From Camelus dromedarius (Eukaryota), in NCBI RefSeq assembly GCF_036321535.1, contig NC_087436.1:50532001-50596000 (forward strand): DNA of 64,000 nt. The letters run 5' to 3'. Under the pieces are notes generated by a model. That model made no database searches, was not told the DNA's origin, and was given only the letters and a program-made list of their open reading frames with translations. How positions within the stretch are numbered: position 1 is the first letter of the stretch; each line of letters starts with the position of its first letter. Shown in pieces: positions 1 to 14,200 of this stretch. The translations under genes were made by a program, and so were the position numbers.

Positions 1-28
1 AAGAATAAAAACAACAAAAAATTAACAA

Positions 29-503
29 TGCCCATTTTTTTGACTGGGTTGTTTGTTTTTTTGGTTATTGAATTGTATGAGCTGTTTGTATATTCTGGAA
101 ACTAAGCCCCTGTCAGTCACATTGTTTGCAAATATTTTCTCCCATTTCATAGGTTGTTTTTTCGTTTTTTTTATATAGCTTCTTTTGCTGTGCAAAAGCT
201 TTTCAATTTAATTAGGTCTTATTTGTTTATTTTTGGTTTTGTTTCTATTGCCTTGGTAGAACATTGCTGAGATTAATATCAGAGAATGTTTGCCTATGTT
301 CTCTTCTAGGAGGTTTATGGTGTCCTGTCTTGAGTCTTTAAGCCACTTTGAGTTAATTTTTCTGTATGATGTGAGGGAGTGTTCTAACTTCATTGATTTA
401 CATGCGGCTGTGCGTCTTTTTCAACACTACTTGTCAAAGAAACTGTCTTTTCTTCGTTGTATATTTTTGCCTCCTTTATTGAGGATTAATTGACTGTATG
501 TGT
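29..503 (-). mobile_element. LINE-1 ORF2 3' fragment
   Basis: Minus-strand ORF 208..393 (KINSKWLKD...LLEENIGK) resembles the L1 ORF2p C-terminal region. Confidence 0.85.
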
Positions 504-995
504 AGGAATAATTCTTTTTTAAAATCTAATAGAGAAGAAATAGCTCTGAAGTAAGTCAGGCAAGATATAAAACCCATGTTGGATGTGGACTCATTTCTGC
601 TGATTCACTGTGAGAAACAACATAGTCAAGAGGTAGTGGAATTCAGCTTGAGCAATCTTAAAACTCTACTTAGGAAATGGAGGGTTTGGGGGACAGGTAG
701 TGCTGCTGCTTCCGCATATAGTGAGGATCATGGTTTTGGAAATGAAAGCTGAACAGCAGATATATAGATGTCACTCAAGAATAAGGTTTGCTAATTCATA
801 GCCCTACTGTGCAAGTCTAGTGGAGAACATTTAGATGAGGGAGAAAAAGAAACAATGATTCATTATAGATTCCCCCATAGAAAAAAGGAGTGACACTGCC
901 CTGACACAGGTTACAAGTCCAGCACGAAGGCAAGAGATAGTTGTGATGTAGTGTTTCAATAATCTGGATATCTGCTAAAAGTCAAATTCTTTAAA

Positions 996-1098
<103 letters not shown>

Positions 1099-1469
1099 CT
1101 CTGCCTCAGAAATTCTCTCTCTCTCTCCCCTCCATTTCTTGCCTTTCTGATAATATTCTCATGCACAAAACTGAACAAATATGCTAAACTGCTATTAACG
1201 TTCTACTTTGGACTTGTTTATGATATGGATATGACAAAAATTTAGGTAGGAAAGGACCTTTTCATTTTGGAATAAATAATAGCAGAGGAAGGAGATACTG
1301 AACATACTGGCATAGTCGAACTGCAGATTCAAAATCTATTGAGAAATAAAAGGAGAGAATAGTATGATGATCTCAAAGTTTTAAACACAAACATTACAGA
1401 AGTCACATCAAGCCTTAAAATAGCTCTAGAAAGATTTACACCAAAATGTCCCGAAATTTGGGGAAACAT

Positions 1470-1744
1470 GACTCATAGACATAAATACAAACTTGTGGTT
1501 GCCAGGGGGATGGGGGGAGGGAAGGGACTGGGATTGCAAAATGTAGAATAGATAAACAAGATTGTACTGTGCAGCATAGAGAAATATATACAGGATCTTG
1601 TGGGGGCTCACAGAGAAAGAGAATGTGACAATGAATGTTTGTTCACGTATAACTGAAAAACTGTGCTCTACACTGGAATTTGACACAACATTGTAAAATG
1701 ACTATAACTCAATAAAAAAAAGTTTATATATATTAAAAAAAAAA
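1470..1744 (+). mobile_element. 5'-truncated L1 3' end
   Basis: L1 3'UTR with G-rich tract, AATAAA and A-rich tail; related to the copies at 15850 and 26124. Confidence 0.8.
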
Positions 1745-2099
1745 CAAGTGGGATATTTTTACCTAATTCCAAGGAAATAATAAAGAAAGGATGTCTATTT
1801 CCCCACTGGAGGTAGATAATAGAATGTTAATGAATCATAAAAGAAAGGGAGGAAGATTCATTAAGTGATTTCATTTTCATCTTCTCCAAGGAGTACAATC
1901 TGTATGAATGTGATACCCCAACTTGCCTGAGCTGCTCAGACACCAACTACAAATTCTAAACAAAGTCTGGGGGCCTAATGAGGCAGGACAAGTAGTCCTT
2001 TTCAGTGCTTCACTGGAATATATCAGACATTTCATTTCACTCATAAATATTTTAGTATATATGTCTATAAGAAAAATATTATTTTTATTTAAAAATACC

Positions 2100-5000
2100 A
2101 TGTTTACTTTCTTTAAAATTAACAATAATACTTTTAATATTATCAAATATCTAGTCAATGTTCAAATGTCTCAAATTGTTTCATTAGTATTTTATTTAGA
2201 GTTGATTTGTCCCAATCAAGAACTAAGCTATGCCCAATGTTTTGTTTGGTTGACATTTCTTAAATCTTTATTAATTCATACATTCCCTCTCCCTCTTTAA
2301 TTCCTTGCAATTTTTTTGAAGAAACAAGACTGTTATTTCTATAGAGTTTTCCACATTCTAGATTTTGCTGGTTGCATCCCCATGGCGTCAGTTAGCATAT
2401 TATTCTGTCTCCCATATTTCCTATAAATGAGTAGTTAGATATAGAAGTTTGTTCAGATTCATGCCAATATTTTGTCAAGAAAATATCATGGTTGGTGTTG
2501 TGCATGTCCACCAGGAAGAATATACTACTTGGTTGTACCTCTTTTTGTAAGTTTAGGTGTTGCTGGCCTCATTCTTTCATTAAAATAGTTTTAGCAGCTA
2601 TTGTTGGTCTTTGCTTAGATATATTTCTCATCAGAGATTAGAAAAAGAGAATATTCTAGTTGTTTGATTGCTTCTTTATTTATTAGATGGAATGCTTCAA
2701 TAAAGAAAAGTATTCCTGTATTACCTAGGTGGCTACTGTGAGGTTCTTCATACAGGAAAGACATATACATGTTTGATACTTTCTCTTTATTTACCAAGTT
2801 TCAGAATAATAAATTGGTTCTGTAACATTCTCCAAAAGTAACCAGTGAGGCTTTCTTACGTATGTACGTATCATTATAAAGTCATGAAGTTTAACATATT
2901 TGAAGTGTTTTAATATAATACAGTTATTATTCCTTATCTGGGGAAGCCTCTTTAATTTGGTTTCTATGTCATTTTTGTCATAATTCATAGTAGGACTTGG
3001 CAGCTTCCTCAGTTTCTGGTATGACAAAATCTTCAGACTCCTTTCGTACATTTTTCTGCCCTGGACTCGAAACACTCATTTCTGCAAGAAACTCTGGTTT
3101 CTTTTTATGGGGAAAGAATTGTTTAAAGACCACAGCTTGGGTACTATAAGGCGCTGTCTCGGGACATTTTCAGCAGACAGGACTAGCATACACTTGCTTT
3201 AAGAGAAACTATATTATGAGTTCATGTTAATATCTCCAACCTAAATTTATGATAAGATGTTTTTACTTAATTTTTTGTTTGTACTTTTATATGTCTCTTT
3301 TCTTTTGCTAAAAATGTTTATTCCTAACAGCATTAACTTAATTACTTATTAATGAGTTCTGAACAATAATATCAATATTATTGCTAACACTGATCACTGA
3401 AAAAAACAATTTAATATTTCTTTGCAGTTCTTTTCCTCTTTACAGTACATTCACTAGAGTTGTACAGTCAAAATTATTATGTTTCAGTCACTTGAAATAT
3501 CTACTCTGCGTGGTTAACCTACCAACTCAATTTGTTTCATTTTGCTCCCAATTTTTAGGAACTGCTTTGTATTTTGGATTAATTTACTATTTAGCGACAT
3601 GAAACATTTACATGTTTCAAAGTCAAACCTAAATATATGTATTTGGAGAAGTCCAGCTTCCATTTCTATACCTGCACTTTGTCCCTTCCACAATCAACGC
3701 AGTGCTCAAACGAGAAAATAGTGCCCCTTAGGATACATCTGGCAATATCTGGTTGTCACATCTAGGTAGGAGCTGCTGGCATTCAGTAAACAGAGACCAG
3801 GGGTGCTGCTAATCATCCTACAGTGCACCAGACAGTCTTATAGCAATGAATTATTCAGTCCAAAGTTTCAACAGCATTGCTTTTGAGAAGTCCTACTCTA
3901 TATAACACATTCCCCTTTTAGTTGTGGGTTGCTCTTTCATTTTTCTAATACAAGCCCTCAAAATTTACTTCTTTAAACAAACAGTAAGTATAATATACAC
4001 AGTTTTCTCCTTTATTTTTTTTTTACTATTATCTACCCTGAGGCTCATTTCAAAGCAGTGTATTCTTTGTTCTTCTTTACAGGAGAATAGTACTTTATCA
4101 TGTGAATGCATAATAGTTTATTTAACTATTTCTTACTGATGGATATTTAACTTGTCTGAGTCTTTTTCTATTGAAAATAGTTCCACATTTTCTATGCATG
4201 TGTCCTTTTTTACTTTTTCAATGCCCATTTATTTGAGAGAAATTCCTAGAAATGGAGTTGCTGGGTCAAAGAAAAAAATGTAAATACAGCTTTGCTACAT
4301 ATTGCCCATTCCCCTCCACAGAGTTTGTACCTTTCCACATTTCCATCAGCCAACAGAGTATACTGCCAAATTTTTTATTATTGTTTTCCTGATGGTTAAG
4401 AAATTATATACCAGTGTAATTTTAACTTGTATTTCTCATTACTGGTGAAGTTGAATTTTTTTATTTTATTTAGGATCATTAGCATTTATTATTACTTTTG
4501 TTAGTAATGTCTGTCATTTTTTCTTAGGGTTACTGGTCTTCTACTATATTTTTAGAAGCTCTTTTTATATTAGAGATGGCAACCCTTTATCTGAAATATA
4601 ATTGACAAATGATTTTCTCAGTTTGTTTTATTATTTTAATTTTCTTACAGCTTTTTTCATGCAAAATTTCTTTTTTATTTGGTTGTAGTCAAATTTATGT
4701 CATTACCCTATTTATTTAGATTTCTTAAAATCTTAACCAAGAAAATCTTCCCATTTGCAAATCATAAGAGAATTCCCCCATATCTTTTCTAGCAGTTGCA
4801 TGGTTTTTCTGATACATTTGAAATTTATCCTGGTATATAGTTGAAGGAAGGATCAAATTTTATCATTTTCCATATAGTTATTCAGTTATGCCAATATCAT
4901 TATTGAAACATCCATATTTTAGCACTGCTTTTGGTATGTTATCTTTATCCCATATCAATTTCTATAAGCATTTGGGGCTATTTCTGGAATTTTTTATTCT

Positions 5001-5520
5001 ATTATGTTAGTCTGTCTAATTAGATTAGTTTGTCTACTACATTAGACTGTCCAGCTCATGCAGCAATAACATCTACTAGAACAAGAATTCCAGTCATTTG
5101 TCTTCTTTTTTAAGGTCTTCCTAATGTTTGATTGGTGATCTTCCAATTAAAAATTTTAACCAACTAGCATAGCTCCAGTTTTCATTTGGATAACATTAAA
5201 TTCATAAATTAACTTAGGGAAAGCTGTCATTTATATGATGTTCTGCCTTCCTAGCCAAGAATATGGTGTGTCTTTCCACTTTTTCCAATCTAATTTTGTG
5301 CATTGTGGAGATGTCTCATAGTTTTCCTCATACAGGTCTGAATACTTCTTAAGCTCATGCCTAGATATTCTATTTCAATTCACTCCATTTTTCTATCATA
5401 AACAGGATCCTCTTTCCTATTATGTCTCCTCATAGGTTACTAGGTATAAATATGAATGCTAATGATTTTGCCTATTGATTGTATAACCTACTATTTTACT
5501 AAATATCAGATGAATTTGAG
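2100..5520 (-). mobile_element. Old L1M (L1MC/L1ME-like) fragments
   Basis: T-rich degenerate antisense L1 motifs (cctagaaatggagttgctgggtcaaa; aagaatatggtgtgtctttccact); boundaries approximate. Confidence 0.6.
3700..3900. mobile_element. MER20-like hAT-Charlie MITE
   Basis: ctggcattcagtaaacagagaccaggggtgctgctaatcatcctacagtgcac matches the recalled MER20 core. Confidence 0.75.
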
Positions 5521-6059
5521 TTGGTCTAGCTTTCCCTTATAATGGAAGAAGTCCAAAGAAACACTGTTTTATTATGTTTGAGAATTCCTATTTTTAACTC
5601 AGGTTGATGTGGCCTGGGGAGACAGAGATTGCCATGAATCAGAAGAGTAAAACAAGCACCATCAAGAAAGAACTGAAGTCCCGTCAGAAAAGGAGATAGT
5701 TTTAGTTTTAGTTTTAGAATACCTAAGGGGAGGCAATCTTCTGGAGTGACAGAAATGTTCTGTCTTGGTAGATTTGTGTTTATGTAAGGGACATACATTT
5801 GTCAAGATCTATGGAATTGTGCACTTAATATTTTGCATGTCACTGCATGTAAATTTTACCTCATTACCTGTTAAAGAAAAGAATATCTAGGTTCTGTTCT
5901 TTTTTTTTTTTAATCTAAATAAATGAACATCCACTGGAAAACACGAAACCAACAAATATAGAAAGTTAAAATTTTCCACCCACTCCCCAAGCCTCCTCTT
6001 CACAGGAAATCACTGTTAACATTTGCTAATTGAGAATAATAATTAGATCACCAATTAGC

Positions 6060-6810
6060 AAGTGTCAACCTGGAGACTGTTCTCTAGTGACTTTCCATGG
6101 AACTCTATCATTGGCTGTACCTTGTTTAACATTTTTATTGATAATTTGAAAAAAGACATTAAAAGTATGCTTAAAATTGCTTTTGACACAAGTATAAGAG
6201 ATTGTTAATGTAAAGGGGGACATAATGAGGACTCAAACTATTCCTTCTAAGTTTAGGTAAGCTAAAAATCAACATTAAAAAATGTGAAAGTAAAACAAAG
6301 TTTGAAACATAAGAATAAAACCTCAATAACTTAGCTACAAGATGAAAAAGAACAACAGGAATTCCCATGAAAACAACCAAAGATGTCTTAAATGACCAAA
6401 AGTACATTAGAAATGTTAGTATTATTAGAAATAATAATTCATGATATCTAAAACACAATTCTTTATTTGCACTGACAGGAAGTTGACATCCAGATCAAAG
6501 AGGGTCACAGTCCTCAATACTCACTGTAACCTGACAGTGATGAGCTGCACCGATTGGTTTAATTTTGGGCACCAGACCTTAAGAAGGATACTGATGAATT
6601 ACAGTGTATCAAGAGGAAAACAAGGACAATGAAGTGTATGGAAACTACTTTACATAAGGTACTAGTTCATGAGAACCAAATAACTAAAAGCAGTTTACCT
6701 ATGGAAGCCATAAATAAATATTTCACGTGTCTGAAGGGCTGACGTGTGAAAGAGGACAAACACGACATGTATCATCCACAAAGGACGAGCAGGATCAATG
6801 TATTGAAATT
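6060..6810 (+). mobile_element. Ancient L3/CR1 LINE fragment
   Basis: ttgtttaacatttttattgataatttg and ttttgggcaccagaccttaagaaggatactga resemble CR1/L3 RT and 3' regions. Confidence 0.6.
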
Positions 6811-7110
6811 AGTGAAAAGCTATGCTTACTAGAAATAGTCATACACAACTTCCTACTCTATCAGCCTTGTATATAAAGAAAGAATAAAGAATAATGTTCT
6901 TTAATTTTAAGGATAGCACATCTTTTATTTAATGTGTCTTTTTTGCTTTGTTCATCTGAAGGGTGAAAGAAACATTTCATATCTTTATGTGTTATTGCCA
7001 AGATGTCTACTGTTGCAAACTCTGGTTTGTATAAGCCATCTATCCAACAAACAGTCTGGCAAAGGTCACTGTGAGTAAAACTGGTGACACAGAAGACGTA
7101 TCCTTTAAGC

Positions 7111-7320
7111 CAGTGGTTCTGGGCCAGGAGTGGTAGTACCATATCACATTTGGAAGAATGTGAAGATGTTTTGGTTGTCCCAATAACTAGCAGACGCTGC
7201 TGTCACTTAGTGGGTGGGGCCAGGGATGATAAACATCCTGCAAAGCATGCAAGGTTATTCTAACAACAAAAAACTATTCTGCCCAAAGTCCCAATAGTGG
7301 CTATATTAAGAAACACATGT
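7111..7320. mobile_element. MER20-like DNA transposon
   Basis: cagtggttct...gtgggtggggccagggatgataaacatcctgcaa...ttaagaaacac. Confidence 0.65.
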
Positions 7321-8391
7321 TTAAACCATGTTCAGATCACACTTTGAATACTAGAATATTTGACTGTACATTTAAAGGAGTGCAACCGTATCCACCTATT
7401 ACTATAGTACGCCCTTAGATGACCTTCAGCACTATCCTGCTGTTTGAGTTGAAGTGTTAACTGCCTTGATTTCCATCCCATAAACTCATCAAGCCAAATC
7501 CTCACTTGTTCCAGTAAACATGAGCATTTCCTTGGTGCCAATTTGATGATATATGCCACCTCTCATGTGCTCCCTGGGGCAGGTTGTACCCCACTCCTCA
7601 GCATGCACAGTGTGACATGCACTTGTGACATGCACAGTGGTAGGTTGTCTGCCAGGCATTTGCTAAAATAGTTTCTCTCCTCAGCTGTGGCCAAAACTCA
7701 ATGAGCAAAATCCAGGGCCACGTTTGTAGGAGATTTACAGCACGTATGCCCCAGGAAACCAACTGAGAGTCAATGATGTATCTATTGACCATCAAATTTA
7801 AGATTTAGAAACTTACAGGTAACTTTCTCAGCTCTTTCTTTTCATATGCCATGATCTCCTTTCATATTTTTTACCAAACAGTTCATAAGAATGATAATTT
7901 ATCAGAAATCTTCAAATTACTACTTCTTTTGTTATCTAAATCTTTCTCCAAATGAGATGTTGTCGGTAGTGATACCCATCATTGGTTAACTGAGCCTTCT
8001 ATTTCCTCTTTCTCCTAGTACATCCAGAGCTAAAATGGCTTGATTGCCCCAGGGTGCTAATCAAACTCTTTTTCAATGACAGATGGATAGCTCAACAGCT
8101 GTTGACATTTGATAAATCCTTTTGTTCTTATCCCAGAACATTTTGTTTATTCTCATTAAATGCAAAGGGAAGAAATGAAAAACACAAGAGAGAGACCATA
8201 GACAAAACTGCTCTTCAGAACACTTTCTAGCTTAATCTATGAGCTATGAAATTAGTGATTATGCTAAATAAGCTGGAAATGTTACAATTTAAAAAGCCTC
8301 ACAATGTAGCATGCCTACATATATAAGGAAATACATAAATTATGGACATAAACTGCCATTCATATCAACACTGCAAATAGACTTCCTAAAA

Positions 8392-8696
8392 CAGGGTTTG
8401 TCAAACTGAGGCCCATAGGCCAAATCCAGCAGCCACCCATTTTTGTATGGCCGAGGAACTAGGAATGGTTTTTACATTTTTGAATGGTTAAAAACAAAAA
8501 ACAAAAGAGGAATAATATTTTATAATATGTAAAAATTAAATGAAATTAAGTTTCATTTTCTATAAATAGTTTTACTAGAATACCATCACACCTATTCATT
8601 TACAAATTGTCTATACATGCTTTCACACCATGATGGCAGAGACCACATAGTCCACAAAGCCTAAAAGATATGTCCATGGTCTTTTAGAGAAAAAGG
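8392..8696. mobile_element. MER58-like hAT-Charlie element
   Basis: cagggtttgtcaaactgaggcccataggccaaatccagcagccacccatttttgtatggcc...aatggtttttacattttt. Confidence 0.8.
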
Positions 8697-8899
8697 GGAA
8701 GGGTAAAGAGTGTCAGAAAAAGTTTAATTATGTACCTGGATGCTAAGTGAACCCTCTTTGAAAGCAGTACTAGTGGTACAGAAGCCCTGGACCTACATTC
8801 CACTTCTGATTCAATAGCAATCTGTTTAACTCAGTCTTTTAAGTTTAGCTTGCTCAACTGTGAAACAGAAATAAGAATATTTAAAATATTTTTTAAAAA

Positions 8900-9440
8900 T
8901 TAACTTTTAAAACTTTTAAAAAATAAACTACGTAACTGAAGTATAATATACAAACTATGTATATTATGTATACATAATATATAAACTCAATATATATTCA
9001 CAAAGTGAACACATTTTTGCAATCTCTACAAATATCAAGGACTATTACCAGCACCCTGAAGTCCCCATCAAGCCCTTACCAATTATAATGCTCCTCTTCC
9101 CAAAAAAAAAAAAAACCATCCCAACTATACTGATTTCTAACCCTATTAATTTGCTTCACCTACTTCTGAATTTTATTTAAAATAGATCAAACAATATGTA
9201 TTCTTTTGTGTCCAGCTTTTTGTGCCCAACATCAAATTTATGAGTTTTACCCATATCACTGTAGGTAGCAGCACTTCATCATTTTCATTCTGTACTTCAT
9301 TATATGAAACTGCCATAATTTACTTATTCATTCTACTCTTGATGAGCATTTGGTTGTTTCTACCTTTTTGGCCATTGCAAATACCGCTGCTATTAACATT
9401 TTTATATGTCTCTTTTGATGCACATATGTACGTATTTCTG
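8900..9440 (-). mobile_element. Old L1M 3' end
   Basis: Antisense L1 3' motifs (gagcatttggttgtttc...gctgctattaacatt). Confidence 0.6.
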
Positions 9441-10344
9441 TGTGATATATACATAACTTTGTCTTATTTATTTACTTATACCCCAAACTGTTCCAAAAAG
9501 TACTAAAGGCAGTTCTAAAAGTTGCAATGTCAGGTTATTAATAGGCAGTATCCAGGTTCTACTTATGTAGGAATTGTCTTTACTAGGAATAAAAGGTGAG
9601 ACTCTTAAAGTATAAGCTGGAGAGAAACAATGAAACCAAGAAATGGCTACGCATTTTTTAATGCAGAAATGTATGGGCAAGAAAGAATATAAAAGAGAAA
9701 AGAAGAGACTATGGAGAGGAAGGGATAAGACAACATGGCAGAAGGCTACAGATTACAGAAATAACTGGCATATAAGAAAAGTCACCAAAAACTTTTAAGA
9801 AGAGAAATTTTAAATATTTAATATTAAGTTGTATACACTGTATCATGTAAACCATCTTCACTCATTTCCACCTGAGAAACCAGCTGCCCACACAAATGCC
9901 TTTGTTAGTACGTTGGTCAAATTGTTTTTTTCATGAATATCAAGGAAAAGGGGAGTTGTTACACACCTGGAGTAATACAATGCAGAACAGGGTAGCAAAA
10001 TTTAAAAATCTGCGAACGTGTTAAATGTCTGAAATGATTAAGGTGCTTTGTTTGTTACAGGGCATGGAAGCAAACAAAGATGAATAAGACACAGTTCCAC
10101 CCTGAAGTCCTACATAATTAGCAATCTATAAAAATTAAATAAATCGTCTTCACAAAATAATGTGGCTTTGTTTAAGCAAGCAAAAAAAAAACCTTTTCCT
10201 GGGAAAATTGTTTATGACTATGTTACCTAGTATAGAGTCCTCCTTCCACATCTATAGAAATTTATGAAATACTTTCAAAAATTGTAACACAAAGATTAGG
10301 ATAATCATTATGAAACTGCTAAACATTGAGTAGATCTCTATTCT

Positions 10345-11222
10345 AACTTTTAATTTTGAAATAATTGCAGATTCACCTAAAATTGAAAAAAAAAAAACTA
10401 CAACTGTACAGTGAGGTAGTTTATACTGTCCCCTTCATCTAGTTGCTCCCAATAACGTCTTTCGTAACTATAGTGCAGTGCCAAAACTATGAAAATTACA
10501 TTGGCACAATCTACAGAGCTCTTTCAGATTTCACTAGTTTTATACGCACTCACGTGTGTATGGAGTTCCATGCAATTTTATCACGTGTAGATTTGTGTGG
10601 CCACCACTACCAAGATGCAAATCTGTTCTATCACCACAAGGCTCCCCTTCACCTCTGTACAGCACACCCACACTTCTCCCACCTCCTGTTCCTAACACCT
10701 GGCAACTACCAATCTGTTTTCTGTCTCTATAATTTTATTCCAATATATAAATGAAATCAATAAGGTATGAAACCTTTTGAGATTGGTCTTTTTTTTCACT
10801 CAGCATTATTACTTTGAGATCTCACCCAAGTGATTGCATGTATCACTGGTTCCTTTTTATTGCTCAGTAGTACTGAACAGTACGAATGTATCAATTTTTG
10901 TTTATCCACTTACTTGCTGAAGGTCCTTTGAGTTGTTTCCAGTTTTGGGCCACTACAAATAAAGCTGCTAAGAACACTCTCGTACAGGATTTTGTGTGAA
11001 CTTGTTTTCATTTCCCTGTGATAAATACCCATAAGTGCAATTGCTGCGTTGTATGGCAAGTGCACATTTAATTTTTTTAAGAACCTGCCGAACTATCTTC
11101 CAGAGTGCCTGTACCATTTCACATTCCCACCAACCATGTATGAGTGATTCAATTTCTTTGCAGCCTCACCAACAGCTGATGGTATCATTATTTTTAATTT
11201 TAGCCATTCTGATGGGTATATA
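10345..11222 (-). mobile_element. Old L1M 3' end
   Basis: ttgtttccagttttgggccactacaaataaagctgct...ttccagagtgcctgtaccatttcacattcccaccaacc. Confidence 0.75.
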
Positions 11223-14200
11223 GGTATATCTTTTAGAAGCAGATAGCTTTTTCAAAAACACCACTCATTACCCCTGACAGCTAAAACATTAACAATGATA
11301 GAATAGTCTTTATAATCTAAATAGAAAATGTTTTGTCCTTTGAACTAGAAAGCATGCATATATAAAATATTGTTTTATTTTTTAAGTGAGAAAATGTATA
11401 TTAAGCACTTGCTTCTTAAAATACAGTAATTGCTAATAGCTAACATTAATTCACACTTACTGGACGAAAGCACATGCCTGATATACATTTTCTCACTTAG
11501 AAGAATACGACAGTATTTTACTACTTGCCTCTTCCAGCATTTGTCATTTCTTCCATTCCACTTCTTCCCTCTAAAACACATGCTTTAGTAGTTTTTGTTT
11601 TGTTTTGTTTTTTTGCTTTAGTAGTTTTTTAATGAACATGTGTGGGTATATAAATTCTCCTATTTCTATGTCTGCAAATATCTATTCTTTTACTTTTAAT
11701 CTTATAATAGATTAGCTAGATATAAAATTCTCAATGGTAGTTATTTTACCACAGCACTTTGAGGATAATTACTCTGTTGTCTTCTGTCATATACTACTAC
11801 TGGTGAGAAGTTTGTTCTCAATCTAACTGCCCTACCTCTTAAGTAATCTCTTTTTCCTTTCCAGATGATTCTAAGATTTTTCTCTTTATTCTTGATATCC
11901 CCCCATTTCACAAATTGTGGCTATGTATAGTTACTTTTAATCACTTCACTTGCCCTTTGGGGTATATTTTCAATCCAAAGAATTTCACCTTTCTCAAGTT
12001 TTGAAAATTCCTTAGCCATTACCTCTTTGAATATTTCTTATTTCCTCTACTCACTTCTTCTGAAATTCCTGTTAGATTTGAGTATGACTTTTGGAGCCTC
12101 TTCAGCTCCACTTCTAATTAATTACATTTTTAAAATTACTTCATCTATCTGGGCTATATGCTGAACAAACTCCTGAGTATTATCTTGTAATCCATTAACT
12201 CTGTGATTTTGACTTATAAATTATCTTTTTTTGCTATCTAGTGGCTAAGAACATCTCCTAGAATATAACATCTTAGCTAAAATAAAATGATAAACAAATG
12301 TAACAAAGATTCAAAAAGAATATACTTGGAAAAAAAGAATATACTTGATGGCCTTTACCAGAAAAAAAATAGGAGTGATGGAAAACAATCAAATTAAAAA
12401 CACATTTGTATTTCAACATTTACCATGAAATACTTTAAATTTAAAGTAGGTGTGGTGGGGGAGAGGAAAACAGATCTACAGGTAACGGAAATGTAGCTGG
12501 AATTTCAAATCTCTTGATCTAAGCTATTACTAAATATGAGTAAAACAAAAAAATGCAAAATTAGAGCAAAATATTTTTATCTGTTTTGCTCAAAGATGCA
12601 TCCTAAGTTCTTAGTTCCTGGCATAAAGCGTTATTCAGTTATTAACTGAGGATCACTCAGGAGTACACGGCTGACACAGCGCATCTTGACCTCATGAATA
12701 CAGTTGACAAAGCTCTTGTTACTTAGGGAACAATTAAAGAAATAAAACTGGATAACAAGTATAATGAGGTAAAGTAATCACTAGTTCATGCTCTTTCTCC
12801 ACGTTTTATTAGTAGACTGAAGTCATCTTGAATGGTAAAGAAAAGAAAATAGTTTCAAAAAATCTAATTCCAGAGAATTCCATCCATAGTCATCACCTGG
12901 AAAATCTGATATAATCCATCTAGAGGCACTTGCTCTAACAGAGGGTCATTAGTTCCATGAGTTGCCTTCTGCCTTAGTAGCCCGCTCCCTACATAATCCA
13001 GAGAAGCCCGCAAAAGTTCTATCTTTCCCCTCCCTTTTACTCTGCCTGCAGACCTCCTCTGACTTGTCTAGCTGCTCAAATGGATCTCACTGATGAGACT
13101 CCAGAGATCAACGCCTCCAAAGGCAATGGGCTCATAGCAGGCCATGCCCAGATGGTAGGCACAGGAAGGCACATTTTATCCTTGTCTCCATCTTTCCCAG
13201 TTCTCACCATAAATCATGAATTCATTCTGGCAACTTTATCCTCAATATCTATCATACTAGGTCAATGACAAAATCTGGTCAAGGGACAAGGATTGCTAAG
13301 AATGGTAATTTGGCCCAGCTAGAGAGATTTTCATTTTATTTTACTATTTCTTCAATTATCAAGCAAAAGAGATCAAGGATGTTGATGATGCAAGTGCATT
13401 CTGCTCTAACGAGACCAGGGTTTTACGAAGGATCCACAAGTTCAAGGTTTCTGGTTTCATTCACCTTTTAAATAGGAAACATCCAGCCACCACACTGGCT
13501 TTGGAAGCAAAGTAGAAAGGACTGCTTTGGAAAGTACCTTTTTCTCTCTGGGAGTGTTTGAGGAACCTCTCACCTGTGGTTCCCTTGATACAGGTTATGA
13601 CTCCCCTGGCTGTCTGCTCATGACTGGAGGGCTTTGGAAAAAGCCCCACTCAAGGTGAACCACTCTAACCTCCTTTTAATGGGTGTACATCTAGTCTGTA
13701 AGAAATAACACAGGAACGAGTGCCCAGGTTTGGGATTGATCATTTCTTTCCCTAAGTTTATTTTTAATGAAATATTATGTGCACAGAGTTTACAAATCAA
13801 CTAGTGCTAAAAAGCTTAAAATAAAAACAGCAGTCTCTACTCCTTATCTACTACCCACTCCTGCTCCTCGGAGGCAGCCGCTTTCAAATCTCTTAGGCAG
13901 GTAACGTGGGCACTGAACTCTGTTTCCAAATAACAGGTGCATAAACTCCTGCAGAACTGGGTTATTATCACTGGGTTTATTGGGTGTTTTTTTTTTTTTC
14001 AGTCTGAAGAAGCCAAGGTTGGCAGTAAGATAAAGGGATGAACTATTTTTCAGGGGCTTCCATTTTCAGTTAACTCTCCAATAGTTTGCCACAAGATGAC
14101 AGGTTATCTCACAAACAGAACACTCAAATTATAAACCTGTTTAGAAGAAATTGAAAAATAAACAATCAAGGGTACACTCTAACAAAGAGCTCAATGATTT

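Noticed and set aside
1505..1533. G-quadruplex-like run
   Set aside because: Standard G-rich tract of the L1 3'UTR
7600..7640. Repeated TGACATGCAC, resembling p53 half-sites
   Set aside because: Two mismatches per half-site; simplest explanation is a short tandem duplication
13497..13640. GCTTTGGAA three times in about 140 bp, and a 62-aa minus-strand ORF
   Set aside because: No assignable factor or homology; cannot be distinguished from chance without conservation data
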